This document shows, in pieces, positions 11,246 to 19,763 of a stretch of DNA of 47,341 nucleotides. Under the pieces are notes generated by a model. That model saw nothing but the letters and a program-made list of their open reading frames with translations, was not told where the DNA came from and made no database searches. Made by a program: the position numbers and the translations under genes. This DNA comes from an uncultured Oscillospiraceae bacterium (GTDB lineage: Bacteria; Bacillota; Clostridia; UMGS1883), in NCBI GenBank assembly GCA_964604615.1, contig CAZRZU010000002.1, forward strand, positions 2,992 through 50,332, in the 5' to 3' direction. Numbering within the stretch: the first letter of the stretch is position 1; every line of letters begins with the position of its first letter.

Positions 11246-11774
11246 GGCTATACTGTTCGCCATGGGCGATGCGGTTGAGATTGCTGATATTGCTTCAAGT
11301 CTCGAAATTAGTGAAGAAGAAGTTAAAAAGGGCGCTAGCCTTCTTAACGAAAAATACTCAAACACACCTTCGGGCATAAGGTTGATTGAAATCGCTGATT
11401 GTTACCAGCTTTCGTCAAATCCTGCGTGTTATGAGTATATAAAAAAAGTGAGCCAAATAAAAAAACAGTCGGGGTTATCTAGCGCAGCTATTGAGACCTT
11501 GTCTATAATAGCCTATAATCAACCTGTAACCAAGGGTACAGTTGAATTTATTAGAGGTGTAGACTCTACTTATTCTGTTAACAGGCTTATTGAAAGAGGT
11601 TTAATCGATGAACTAGGGCGGGCTGAAACACCGGGAAGACCAATTTTGTACGGCACAACTATGGAATTTTTGAGAACCTTTGGATTAAAAACTCTGGAGG
11701 ATTTACCTCCGCTTCCGGAAAAAGGTATAAATGACGAAGAAACCGTTCCTGAAAATAAGGAGGATACAAATTGA
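11214..11774 (+). CDS. scpB: segregation and condensation protein B
   Basis: IEAILFAMGD...LSSAAIETLSIIAYNQPVTKG.VE.IRGVDS...GRPILYGTT is ScpB. Start is uncertain: in-frame ATGs at 11205, 11214 and 11220, all overlapping the scpA 3' end. The listed 11163 start is probably too far upstream. Confidence 0.85.
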   Translation: MDMTQVAQTIEAILFAMGDAVEIADIASSLEISEEEVKKGASLLNEKYSNTPSGIRLIEIADCYQLSSNPACYEYIKKVSQIKKQSGLSSAAIETLSIIAYNQPVTKGTVEFIRGVDSTYSVNRLIERGLIDELGRAETPGRPILYGTTMEFLRTFGLKTLEDLPPLPEKGINDEETVPENKEDTN

Positions 11775-12349
11775 TTCCTTTGATTATTACGGTAATTCTT
11801 CTTTTAGTTGTGTTAACGGTGCTCTATGTCCCGATAGGTATAGGCGCAAGGTATGAAAACGGTGCTTTCATTCTTTTGAAAATTGCCTTTGTTAAATTGA
11901 ATATTCCCGTCAATAAATTACTGAACAAAAAGCACAATATGGAAAAAGAAACGGAAAAAACACCAAAAGAGCATATTGAAAAAAGCATTATAGGTCTTGA
12001 TTTTATTCTGGATTTATTGGGAGACTTCCGAAGGTTTGCGAGAAAAAGATTTTCTCTTTGCGACTTTGATATAAATATTTCCTTCGGCACGGCAGATGCT
12101 GCTTCAACGGCAGTGCTTACCGGGCATTTATGGTCTCTTAGTTACAATCTGCTTGCTTTGATTGATAAACTCTTTCGTGTGGATAAACCAAAGGTTAATA
12201 TTGCCCCGGTTTTTAACGAAGCTACTTTTTCTGTCCGTGCTGAGGGAATAATAAAAACTCGCATTGCACATATTATAGCTACCGCAATTGTATTTGCTTA
12301 TAAATTTTTTAAATATAAAAGAAATAAAACAAGGAGGAAAACAAAATGA
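11771..12349 (+). CDS. DUF2953 (YtfI-like) membrane protein
   Basis: N-terminal TM, basic tail, and position directly upstream of and overlapping a GerW/YtfJ gene. TTG start 6 nt after an AAGGAGGA RBS. Confidence 0.6.
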   Translation: MIPLIITVILLLVVLTVLYVPIGIGARYENGAFILLKIAFVKLNIPVNKLLNKKHNMEKETEKTPKEHIEKSIIGLDFILDLLGDFRRFARKRFSLCDFDINISFGTADAASTAVLTGHLWSLSYNLLALIDKLFRVDKPKVNIAPVFNEATFSVRAEGIIKTRIAHIIATAIVFAYKFFKYKRNKTRRKTK

Positions 12350-12738
12350 GTGCACATCCCATTAATGAACTTATGACTAATGTTATGAGTAACTTGCAGC
12401 AGATGGTGGACGTTAATACCATCGTAGGAAACCCTGTTGAAACCCCTGACGGAACAACAATTATTCCTGTTTCAAAGGTAGGGTTCGGATTTGCAGCGGG
12501 CGGAAGCGATTTTTCTGCATCAACTCCTTCAGCTGATGCGCATTTTGGCGGTGGAAGCGGTGCTGGTGTTTCAATTGCGCCTATTGGTTTTTTGGTTGTT
12601 ACCAAGGACCAGATAAGAATGATTCCCGTAACAAGCACAAATTCAGCTGTCGATAAGCTTGTTGACTACATTCCTACTGCAATCAATAAGGTTAACAACC
12701 TTATTGAGAAGCACAAGGATTCCAAGAATGAGGAATAA
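12346..12738 (+). CDS. GerW/YtfJ-family sporulation protein
   Basis: VNTIVGNPVETPDGTTIIPVSKVGFGFAAGGSDF...GGGSGAGVSI.PIGFLVV is the GerW (YtfJ) signature. AAGGAGG RBS. ATGA-type overlap with the upstream gene. Confidence 0.85.
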   Translation: MSAHPINELMTNVMSNLQQMVDVNTIVGNPVETPDGTTIIPVSKVGFGFAAGGSDFSASTPSADAHFGGGSGAGVSIAPIGFLVVTKDQIRMIPVTSTNSAVDKLVDYIPTAINKVNNLIEKHKDSKNEE

Positions 12739-12749
12739 TTTACCAAGTG

Positions 12750-12790
12750 AAAAGTCACCTTGAAAATCAAGGTGACTTTTTCTGTTTTTC
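12750..12790 (+). terminator. intrinsic terminator after gerW/ytfJ
   Basis: AAAAGTCACCTTGA-aaa-TCAAGGTGACTTTT perfect 14-bp stem followed by TCTGTTTTT. Confidence 0.8.
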
Positions 12791-12803
12791 GAGAAAAAAT
12801 ACA

Positions 12804-12832
12804 TTGAAATAAGGAAGATTTTGTGCTACAAT
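12804..12832 (+). promoter_or_regulatory. sigma-A-type promoter upstream of the carboxypeptidase gene
   Basis: TTGAAA (12804-12809), 17-nt spacer, TACAAT (12827-12832), with extended -10 TGc. Confidence 0.45.
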
Positions 12833-12911
12833 ATATTTTGGAAATAGATTTAGATTTTAGTAATTAAAACAGTTGCCTTGTCATAGCCATATGATAAGGT
12901 TGGTGTTTTAA

Positions 12912-14027
12912 ATGAAGAGGTTTATATGCCTTATTTTTGCTTTTATTTTCTTGTTTTCCTCAGGGAATACCGTGTGTGCTCAGGTAAGTGTTTCTGCCGA
13001 AAGTGCCGTTGTACTTGATGCCGCTTCAAAGCGCGTTTTACTTGAAAAAGATGCGTACAAAAAACGGGGGATGGCAAGTACAACTAAAATTATGACAGCT
13101 TTGGTCGCCATTGAAAATCTTTCTTTGGACGATGTTGTAACAGTCAGCCCTCACGCAGCAGGGGTGGAGGGGTCATCAATATGGCTTTCACCGTTGGAAA
13201 AAATAACTGTGCATGATTTGTTATACGGGCTTATGCTTGCCAGCGGTAACGATGCAGCTACTGCCTTGGCAGAGTATGCCTGTGGGAGCGAAGTTGCTTT
13301 TACCTCAGTAATGAATAAAAAAGCGAAGAAACTGGGAGCATATAATACTAATTTTACTAATCCTCATGGGTTGCCGGATGATGGGCATTATACTACTGCA
13401 TATGACCTGGCTTTGATTTCGGCAAGCGCAATGGAGAATGAGTTGTTTTCTAAAATTGTGTCAACTAAAAAGCAGGTTATTTCTTGGGAAGGCTCTGAAT
13501 GGAACAGAAGCTTGTCAAATCATAATAAATTGCTCAATATGTACAAATATGCCACGGGTATAAAAACAGGCTATACAAAAAAGGACGGAAGATGTCTTGT
13601 TTCTAGTATGGAAAAAGATGGTGGAAGGCTGATATGTGTAACTCTTTCGGCACCTGATGATTGGAACGACCATATTTCCATGGCGGAGTATTGCTTTAAT
13701 AACTACAAAGTACATACTGTCTGTTCAAAAGGAGAGAGTGCAGGTTTCTTCAAGCGCGAAGATGTGGAAGCTGATGCCGTAGCTTTGATTTTTGAAAATA
13801 CGTACACGACTTACCTGGCGGAAGGCGAGGAAGGAAACATTACCTTGAAAAAATCCTTTAATGTAAATTATCCGGTAACTAAAGGGCAGATTGTAGGTCG
13901 TTTGGATGTTTTTTATAAAGATGAGCTGATTGGTAGTGTAAATCTGCTTGCAGGAAATGACTCTGTTATAAATGAAACATTTTTTACTATAATGAAAAAA
14001 CTTATGAAAGGAATTATAAAACTGTGA
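12912..14027 (+). CDS. D-alanyl-D-alanine carboxypeptidase (S11, PBP5/DacB/DacF type)
   Basis: Signal peptide plus SxxK (ASTTK), SGN and KTG active-site motifs in the correct order, with a C-terminal PBP5_C-like region. Confidence 0.9.
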   Translation: MKRFICLIFAFIFLFSSGNTVCAQVSVSAESAVVLDAASKRVLLEKDAYKKRGMASTTKIMTALVAIENLSLDDVVTVSPHAAGVEGSSIWLSPLEKITVHDLLYGLMLASGNDAATALAEYACGSEVAFTSVMNKKAKKLGAYNTNFTNPHGLPDDGHYTTAYDLALISASAMENELFSKIVSTKKQVISWEGSEWNRSLSNHNKLLNMYKYATGIKTGYTKKDGRCLVSSMEKDGGRLICVTLSAPDDWNDHISMAEYCFNNYKVHTVCSKGESAGFFKREDVEADAVALIFENTYTTYLAEGEEGNITLKKSFNVNYPVTKGQIVGRLDVFYKDELIGSVNLLAGNDSVINETFFTIMKKLMKGIIKL

Positions 14028-14755
14028 GACTACAAAAGTTTATGGCTTTGTGCGGAGTTGCATCAAGGCGCAGTTCAGAACAGATAATTTCCCAGGGGAG
14101 AGTAAGTGTTAACGGTGATATAATTGATTATATGGGGTTCGAGGTTGACCCTGATAACGATATTGTTGAAGTTGACGGTACTCCCATTAAACCTGAAGCC
14201 AAAAAATATTATATATTGTTAAATAAACCTAAGGGATATGTAACAACAGTAAGTGACGAGTTTGATCGTCCTACTGTTATGGAGCTTGTGCGTGATGTTC
14301 ATGCGAGAATTTACCCGGTTGGAAGACTGGATTATGACACAGCAGGTCTTCTTATAATGACAAATGACGGCGATTTTGCAAATGTGCTTACTCATCCGTC
14401 GCATGCAGTTAACAAGGGCTATATTGCTCAGCTTGACAATCTTCCGTCGGCGGATGCCCTCAACCAACTCAGAAACGGAGTTTTACTGGACGGAAAGCTG
14501 ACTTCCCCTGCCAAGGTAGAGGTGCTTAAGCCCACAAAGCACGGCTGTGAAATTAAAGTGACAATCCACGAAGGCAGAAACAGACAGGTGAGAAGAATGT
14601 TTGAAGCCGTGGGTGCTTCTGTCACATCACTTAAGAGAATTTCTGTTGGTAACGTTACGTTGGGAAATCTTCCTGAAGGCAAATGGAGGCATTTAAACGA
14701 TGCCGAAAGGCAAAGACTGATGGGAAGAGGAAAGAGCAACGCAAAAAAGAGATAA
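14024..14755 (+). CDS. rluB: rRNA pseudouridine synthase, RsuA/RluB family
   Basis: N-terminal S4 domain (LQKFMALCGVASRR), catalytic GRLDYDTAGLL motif, basic C-terminal tail. GTG start overlaps the upstream stop. Confidence 0.85.
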   Translation: MRLQKFMALCGVASRRSSEQIISQGRVSVNGDIIDYMGFEVDPDNDIVEVDGTPIKPEAKKYYILLNKPKGYVTTVSDEFDRPTVMELVRDVHARIYPVGRLDYDTAGLLIMTNDGDFANVLTHPSHAVNKGYIAQLDNLPSADALNQLRNGVLLDGKLTSPAKVEVLKPTKHGCEIKVTIHEGRNRQVRRMFEAVGASVTSLKRISVGNVTLGNLPEGKWRHLNDAERQRLMGRGKSNAKKR

Positions 14756-14810
14756 TAAAGCGGCATGACCGCAGTATTATAAAAGATAAATATATTTGGG
14801 AGGTATAGAA

Positions 14811-16304
14811 ATGAGCATGGATGAAAAGCTTGCAATGCGCAACGAAGCAAGGCAGACTATTTCTGCCGGCGGCGGTGCAGAAAAGCAGAATAAAGTGATG
14901 AGCTCGGGGAAAATGCTTGCCGGTGAAAGAGTAAATGCACTCTTTGATGATGGTAGCTTTATTGAGCTTGATGCTTTTGTTTCTGCCCGTGGAAAGGAAA
15001 CCGCTGCTGACGGTGTTGTAACAGGTTACGGCACTGTGGACGGCAGACTGGTTTTTGCTTATGCGCAGGACCCTACTGTTATAGGGGGATGCATTGGAGA
15101 AATGCATGCAAAAAAGATTTGCAAAGTGTATGAAATGGCGGCTAAAATGGGTGCACCCGTTATAGCTATGGTCGACTCAAACGGCGCACGTTTGGAGGAA
15201 GGCGTTACTGCACAGGCTGCGATTGGTGAAATTATGGCGGCAGTTGCACGTGTTTCCGGTGTTGTTCCTAATATATGCCTTGTTCTCGGCACATGTGCGG
15301 CTTCAAGTGCGGTTATTGCTGAGATGAGCGATTTTGTTATCATGAGCGAAAAAGAAGGTGCGGAGCTTTTTGTTAACTCTCCTTCTGTTGTAACTGCATC
15401 TACAAATAAGGAATACAAAGCCGATGCAAAGAGTGTAGCATCTGTAAGCGGAAATGCTCATTTTACAGCAAAAGACGATGCTTTAGCGATTGAAACTGCA
15501 AAGCTTCTTTTGAGTTATTTGCCTTCAAACAACCTTTGTGATGCTCCTGAGTTTGACTGCATGGATGACTTAAACAGAATGAGCGATAACTTTATGGGCA
15601 TTGACGGTGAATATGACGTAAGAAGTCTTATTGCAGCTGTTGCGGATGATGGCGCTTTCATGGAAAGTCATATTACATATGCTCGAGGTGCTGTTACCGG
15701 TTTTATCAGACTTAATGGTGTAACTGTGGGTGTTGTTGCAAATCAGGGTAACGAAGACGGTGCTCTTCTTAGTGGACAAGCAATTGAAAAGATGGCTCGT
15801 TTTGTTCGTTTCTGCGATGCGTTTAACATTTCAATTCTCACATTTACAGATGTTGAAGGCTTTAAGGTAAGTGCCGATGAAGAAAACTGGGGCTTGGCAA
15901 GAAAGAGCGCAAGGCTTTTATATGCATTTACTGAAGCAACCGTGCCTAAAGTTAATGTTGTTGTAAAAAAAGCTTATGGCGGGGCTTATGCAGCTATGAA
16001 CTCTAAGCAGACCGGTGCAGACATTGTTCTGGCATATCCCACAGCTCAGATTGCAGCTATTGCACCTTGTGCAGGTGTTGGTGTGCTTTATGCTGAGAGA
16101 CTTCAGGCAGGCGAGAGCAGAGAAGCTTTGGTTGAAAAATATAAGGACGAGGTTGCTTCTCCTTATAACGCAGCTAAGATGGGTTATGTTGATGATATCA
16201 TTATTCCCGGAGAAACTCGTCCCAGAGTTATAGCAGCTTTTGAAATGCTTAGAAGTAAGCGCATAAGCGCTCCTTCCAGAAAGCACGACAATATGCCGCT
16301 TTGA
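14811..16304 (+). CDS. acyl-CoA carboxyltransferase, 12S / methylmalonyl-CoA decarboxylase alpha type
   Basis: Carboxyl_trans family features across roughly 500 aa (two crotonase-like halves, e.g. GGCIGEMHAKKI, KAYGGAYAAM). ATG 14811 follows a GGGAGG RBS. The listed start at 14796 lies on the RBS. Confidence 0.85.
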   Translation: MSMDEKLAMRNEARQTISAGGGAEKQNKVMSSGKMLAGERVNALFDDGSFIELDAFVSARGKETAADGVVTGYGTVDGRLVFAYAQDPTVIGGCIGEMHAKKICKVYEMAAKMGAPVIAMVDSNGARLEEGVTAQAAIGEIMAAVARVSGVVPNICLVLGTCAASSAVIAEMSDFVIMSEKEGAELFVNSPSVVTASTNKEYKADAKSVASVSGNAHFTAKDDALAIETAKLLLSYLPSNNLCDAPEFDCMDDLNRMSDNFMGIDGEYDVRSLIAAVADDGAFMESHITYARGAVTGFIRLNGVTVGVVANQGNEDGALLSGQAIEKMARFVRFCDAFNISILTFTDVEGFKVSADEENWGLARKSARLLYAFTEATVPKVNVVVKKAYGGAYAAMNSKQTGADIVLAYPTAQIAAIAPCAGVGVLYAERLQAGESREALVEKYKDEVASPYNAAKMGYVDDIIIPGETRPRVIAAFEMLRSKRISAPSRKHDNMPL

Positions 16305-16319
16305 TAAAGGAGTGTTGGT

Positions 16320-16682
16320 ATGAACATATATGATCTTACAACTCCGGGTGAAATCATTTCTTACGGTGTAGTTATTACAATTGAAGGTATGTTGGTTGTA
16401 TTTGCAATCCTCATACTTATCATGCTTGCAATTAATGCCATGAGCTTGTTGTCGGGAGAAAAAAAGTCCAAGAAAAAGGCAGAAGTTGCTCAGGGTGTTC
16501 CCGTTGAAGAATCGGCAAGTCAGAATACAGTTGATGAAGGTGAACTTATAGCTGTACTCACAGCAGCTGTTGCAGCATGTATGGGTACAAGCACTGCAAG
16601 TGTTAATATTAAAAGCTATAAAAAGGTTTCGTCAGCTTGGGGCAATGCCGCAAAGCGCGAAGTTCTTGATAACAGATTTTAA
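16320..16682 (+). CDS. OadG-like small membrane subunit (gamma/delta subunit of Na+-translocating decarboxylase)
   Basis: Single N-terminal TM ([16 protein letters not shown]), a Lys-rich linker, and position between the carboxyltransferase and biotin carrier genes. Confidence 0.6.
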   Translation: MNIYDLTTPGEIISYGVVITIEGMLVVFAILILIMLAINAMSLLSGEKKSKKKAEVAQGVPVEESASQNTVDEGELIAVLTAAVAACMGTSTASVNIKSYKKVSSAWGNAAKREVLDNRF

Positions 16683-16696
16683 GGAGGTACATAATA

Positions 16697-17053
16697 ATGA
16701 GAAAATTTATTATAAATGTAAACGGTAATTCCTATGAGGTTGAGGTTGAAGAAGTAGGCGGTGCAACAGCATCCGTAGCCCCCGTGCAGGCAGCTCCTGC
16801 GCAGACGGCGGCACCCACAAAGACTGCTGTTCCTGCAGGTAATGGCGAACCTGTTAAGGCACCCATGCCCGGTACAATCCTTGACATTAAGGTTGCAAAC
16901 GGTGCAAAGGTTAACGAGGGTGATGTTCTTGTAGTATTGGAAGCAATGAAGATGGAAAACGATATCAAGGCTCCCAAGGCAGGTACAGTTACTGTTGTTA
17001 CTTCTAAAGGCTCCAGCGTTAATACAGGTGATGTTTTAGTTACTATTGCCTAA
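16697..17053 (+). CDS. biotin carboxyl carrier protein (biotinyl domain)
   Basis: Ala/Pro-rich linker followed by a biotinyl domain with the EAMKMEN biotinylation motif. Confidence 0.9.
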   Translation: MRKFIINVNGNSYEVEVEEVGGATASVAPVQAAPAQTAAPTKTAVPAGNGEPVKAPMPGTILDIKVANGAKVNEGDVLVVLEAMKMENDIKAPKAGTVTVVTSKGSSVNTGDVLVTIA

Positions 17054-17084
17054 TTTATTAACGCAGATTGGAGTGTGAAAATTA

Positions 17085-18285
17085 ATGTTCTCAATGTTAG
17101 TAGACGGTTTGAGCAGCTTTGCTATGAAAACCGGTATTGCTGAAATTATAGCAAATTTTACTTGGGACGGAGCAAAAACACTCATTATGCTTTTGATTGC
17201 ATGTGTACTTTTGTATCTGGCAATAGTTAAAAAGTTTGAACCGCTTTTGCTTTTACCCATAGCATTCGGTATGCTTCTTGCAAACCTTCCTTTAGGCGGA
17301 GTTATGCATCCCGAGTATTTTATTGACCCTGAGTATCTTATTGACGGTAAAGATTTGGACTTTGGGCTGATACTACATGAAGGCGGTCTGTTAGACCTTT
17401 TGTATCTGGGTGTTAAGCTGGGTATTTATCCTCCGCTTATTTTCCTTGGCATTGGCTGTATGACAGACTTTGGTCCTCTTATTTCTAACCCTAAGAGCAT
17501 TCTTTTAGGTGCGGCAGCACAGCTTGGTGTATTTATTACATTCTTCTGTGCGGTGGTTCTCGGAGCTTTTGGCATCGGTGGTTTCGGTGCAGACGGAAAC
17601 GTTGCCACAATATTTAAGGAGGCAGCCTCTATCGCTTTTGTCTGCAATTGCTATTGCAGCTTACAGCTACATGGCGCTTATTCCTCTTATTCAGCCTCCC
17701 ATAATGAGAGCACTGACAACAAAGAAGGAAAGACAGATTGTTATGGAACAGCTTCGTCCTGTTTCAAAAACAGAAAAAATCATTTTCCCCATTGCCGTAA
17801 CACTTATTGTAGTATTACTTGTTCCCGATGCGGCAAGCTTGGTTGGTATGCTTATGCTTGGTAATCTCATTAAAGAATCCGGTGTTGCTGACAGACTTTG
17901 CAAAACTGCACAGAATGAACTTATGAACATCGTTACAATTTTCCTTGGTATTACGGTTGGTGCTACTGCTAAAGCAGACACATTCCTTACACCTAAGACA
18001 CTTCTCATTATCTGTCTTGGTCTTGCAGCATTCGCTGTAAGTACAATAGGCGGTTTGCTCCTTGCAAAGCTTATGTGTAAGCTTACAGGAGGTAAGATTA
18101 ACCCTCTTATCGGCTCAGCAGGTGTTAGTGCAGTGCCTATGGCAGCAAGAATGAGTCAGCAGGTTGGTCAGGAAGAAAATCCTGCAAACTTCCTTCTCAT
18201 GCATGCGATGGGTCCCAATGTTGCGGGTGTTATCGGTAGTGCCGTTGCAGCAGGTGTGTTCCTTGCAAACTTTACAGGTATTTAA
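17085..18285 (+). pseudogene. Na+-translocating decarboxylase beta subunit (OadB/MmdB/GcdB family), interrupted by a frame change near 17636
   Basis: Family-typical sequence in ORF 17085.. up to ...KEAASIA. It continues in the +1 frame from 17635 ([24 protein letters not shown]...[21 protein letters not shown]) to the stop at 18285. The tail of ORF1 (17637-17864) is Cys/Ser-rich nonsense. This could also be a homopolymer sequencing error. Confidence 0.65.
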
Positions 18286-18303
18286 TTAAAGGAGGTAAAA
18301 TAA

Positions 18304-19695
18304 ATGGTTAAAATTACAGAAACAGTCCTCCGTGATGCTCACCAGTCACTCATCGCCACAAGAATGACAACAGAGCAGATGCTGGGTATTGTTGAACAGC
18401 TTGATAAAATCGGTTATCATTCTTTGGAAACATGGGGCGGTGCAACATTTGACTCCTGTCTTCGTTTCCTTAATGAAGACCCTTGGGAAAGACTTCGTAA
18501 AATTAAGGATAAGGCTAAAAATACACCTTTGCAGATGCTTTTCCGTGGTCAGAATATTCTTGGTTACCGTCATTATGCAGATGATGTGGTTGAATATTTC
18601 GTACAGAAATCAATTGCAAACGGTATTGATATTTTAAGAATTTTTGATGCCTTGAATGACGTAAGAAACTTTAAAACAGCGATTAATGCTGCAATAAAGG
18701 AAAAAGGTCACGTTCAGGCAGCAATCAGCTATACATTAAGTGATTTCCACACAAATGAATCCTTTATAACACTTGCAAAACAGCTGGAAGATATGGGTGC
18801 CAGCAGCATTTGTATTAAGGATATGGCTGGTCTTTTGACCCCTTATGTGGCATACGACCTTGTGTCCGGTATGAAGAAAGCTGTTAAAATTCCCATTCAG
18901 CTTCATACTCACTATACAAGCGGTGTTGCTTCAATGACATATCTTAAGGCTATTGAAGCAGGTGTAGATGTAGTTGACTGTGCTATGAGTCCCTTGTCTT
19001 TGGGCACAAGTCAGCCGCCCACAGAGTCTCTTGTTGCAGCTCTTAAAGGAACAGAATACGATACAGGCTATGACCTTAATGCTCTCAGCGACATTGCAGA
19101 TTATTTCCGTCCTCTTCGTGAAGAATATCTTAAGAGCGGTCTTCTTGACCCGAAAGCATTGAGTGTTGATGCTAATACACTTAAGTATCAGGTTCCCGGA
19201 GGTATGCTTTCTAACCTTATTTCTCAGCTTAAGCAGCAGGGTAAGGAAGATAAATACGAAGAAGTTTTGAAGGAAGTTCCCAGAGTAAGAGCAGATGCAG
19301 GTTTCCCGCCTCTTGTAACACCTACAAGCCAGATTGTTGGTACACAGGCTGTGCTTAATGTTATAATGGGCGAAAGATACAAAATGGTAACTAAAGAATT
19401 CCGTGCGATGATTCGTGGTGAGTACGGTCAGACTCCTGCGCCCATCAGTGAAGAATTCAGAAAGAAGATAGTGGGAGATGCAGACATTATAACATGTCGT
19501 CCTGCTGACTTAATCCCCAATGAATTGGACAAATTCAGAGGCGAAATTGCTGAATATATTGAACAGGATGAAGATGTTCTTTCGTATGCACTCTTTGACC
19601 AGGTTGCAACAAAGTTCTTTAAGTACCGTCAGGGTCAGAAGTACAAAATCGACCCTAACCTTGCAAACAAAGAAGAAAAAACGCATCCAATATGA
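18304..19695 (+). CDS. oxaloacetate decarboxylase alpha / transcarboxylase 5S-type carboxyltransferase (no biotinyl domain)
   Basis: ITETVLRDAHQSL...LETWGGATFD...ICIKDMAGLL...HTHYTSG are HMGL-like/PYC_OADA signatures. At 463 aa it ends without an AMKM biotinyl domain. Confidence 0.85.
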   Translation: MVKITETVLRDAHQSLIATRMTTEQMLGIVEQLDKIGYHSLETWGGATFDSCLRFLNEDPWERLRKIKDKAKNTPLQMLFRGQNILGYRHYADDVVEYFVQKSIANGIDILRIFDALNDVRNFKTAINAAIKEKGHVQAAISYTLSDFHTNESFITLAKQLEDMGASSICIKDMAGLLTPYVAYDLVSGMKKAVKIPIQLHTHYTSGVASMTYLKAIEAGVDVVDCAMSPLSLGTSQPPTESLVAALKGTEYDTGYDLNALSDIADYFRPLREEYLKSGLLDPKALSVDANTLKYQVPGGMLSNLISQLKQQGKEDKYEEVLKEVPRVRADAGFPPLVTPTSQIVGTQAVLNVIMGERYKMVTKEFRAMIRGEYGQTPAPISEEFRKKIVGDADIITCRPADLIPNELDKFRGEIAEYIEQDEDVLSYALFDQVATKFFKYRQGQKYKIDPNLANKEEKTHPI

Positions 19696-19712
19696 TTAAA
19701 AAATAAACAAAA

Positions 19713-19745
19713 TGCCCGATAAAGTGTTTATCGGGCACTTTGTTG
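19713..19745 (+). terminator. intrinsic terminator after the decarboxylase cluster
   Basis: TGCCCGATAAA-gtg-TTTATCGGGCA hairpin followed by CTTTGTTG. Confidence 0.7.
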
Positions 19746-19763
19746 TAAAAGAAGGTTTAATTT

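Noticed and set aside
12309-12638. 109-aa minus-strand ORF over gerW/ytfJ
   Set aside because: It is antisense to a gene with a textbook GerW sequence and a strong RBS.
14428-15107. 140- and 150-aa minus-strand ORFs across rluB and the start of the carboxyltransferase gene
   Set aside because: They are antisense to confidently assigned genes, and no signals support them.
17509-18285. Second half of the beta-subunit region treated as an independent 258-aa gene
   Set aside because: Its first 40 or so residues are nonsense read from the other frame of the N-terminal half, and there is no RBS. It is better explained as the downstream part of a frame-shifted single gene.
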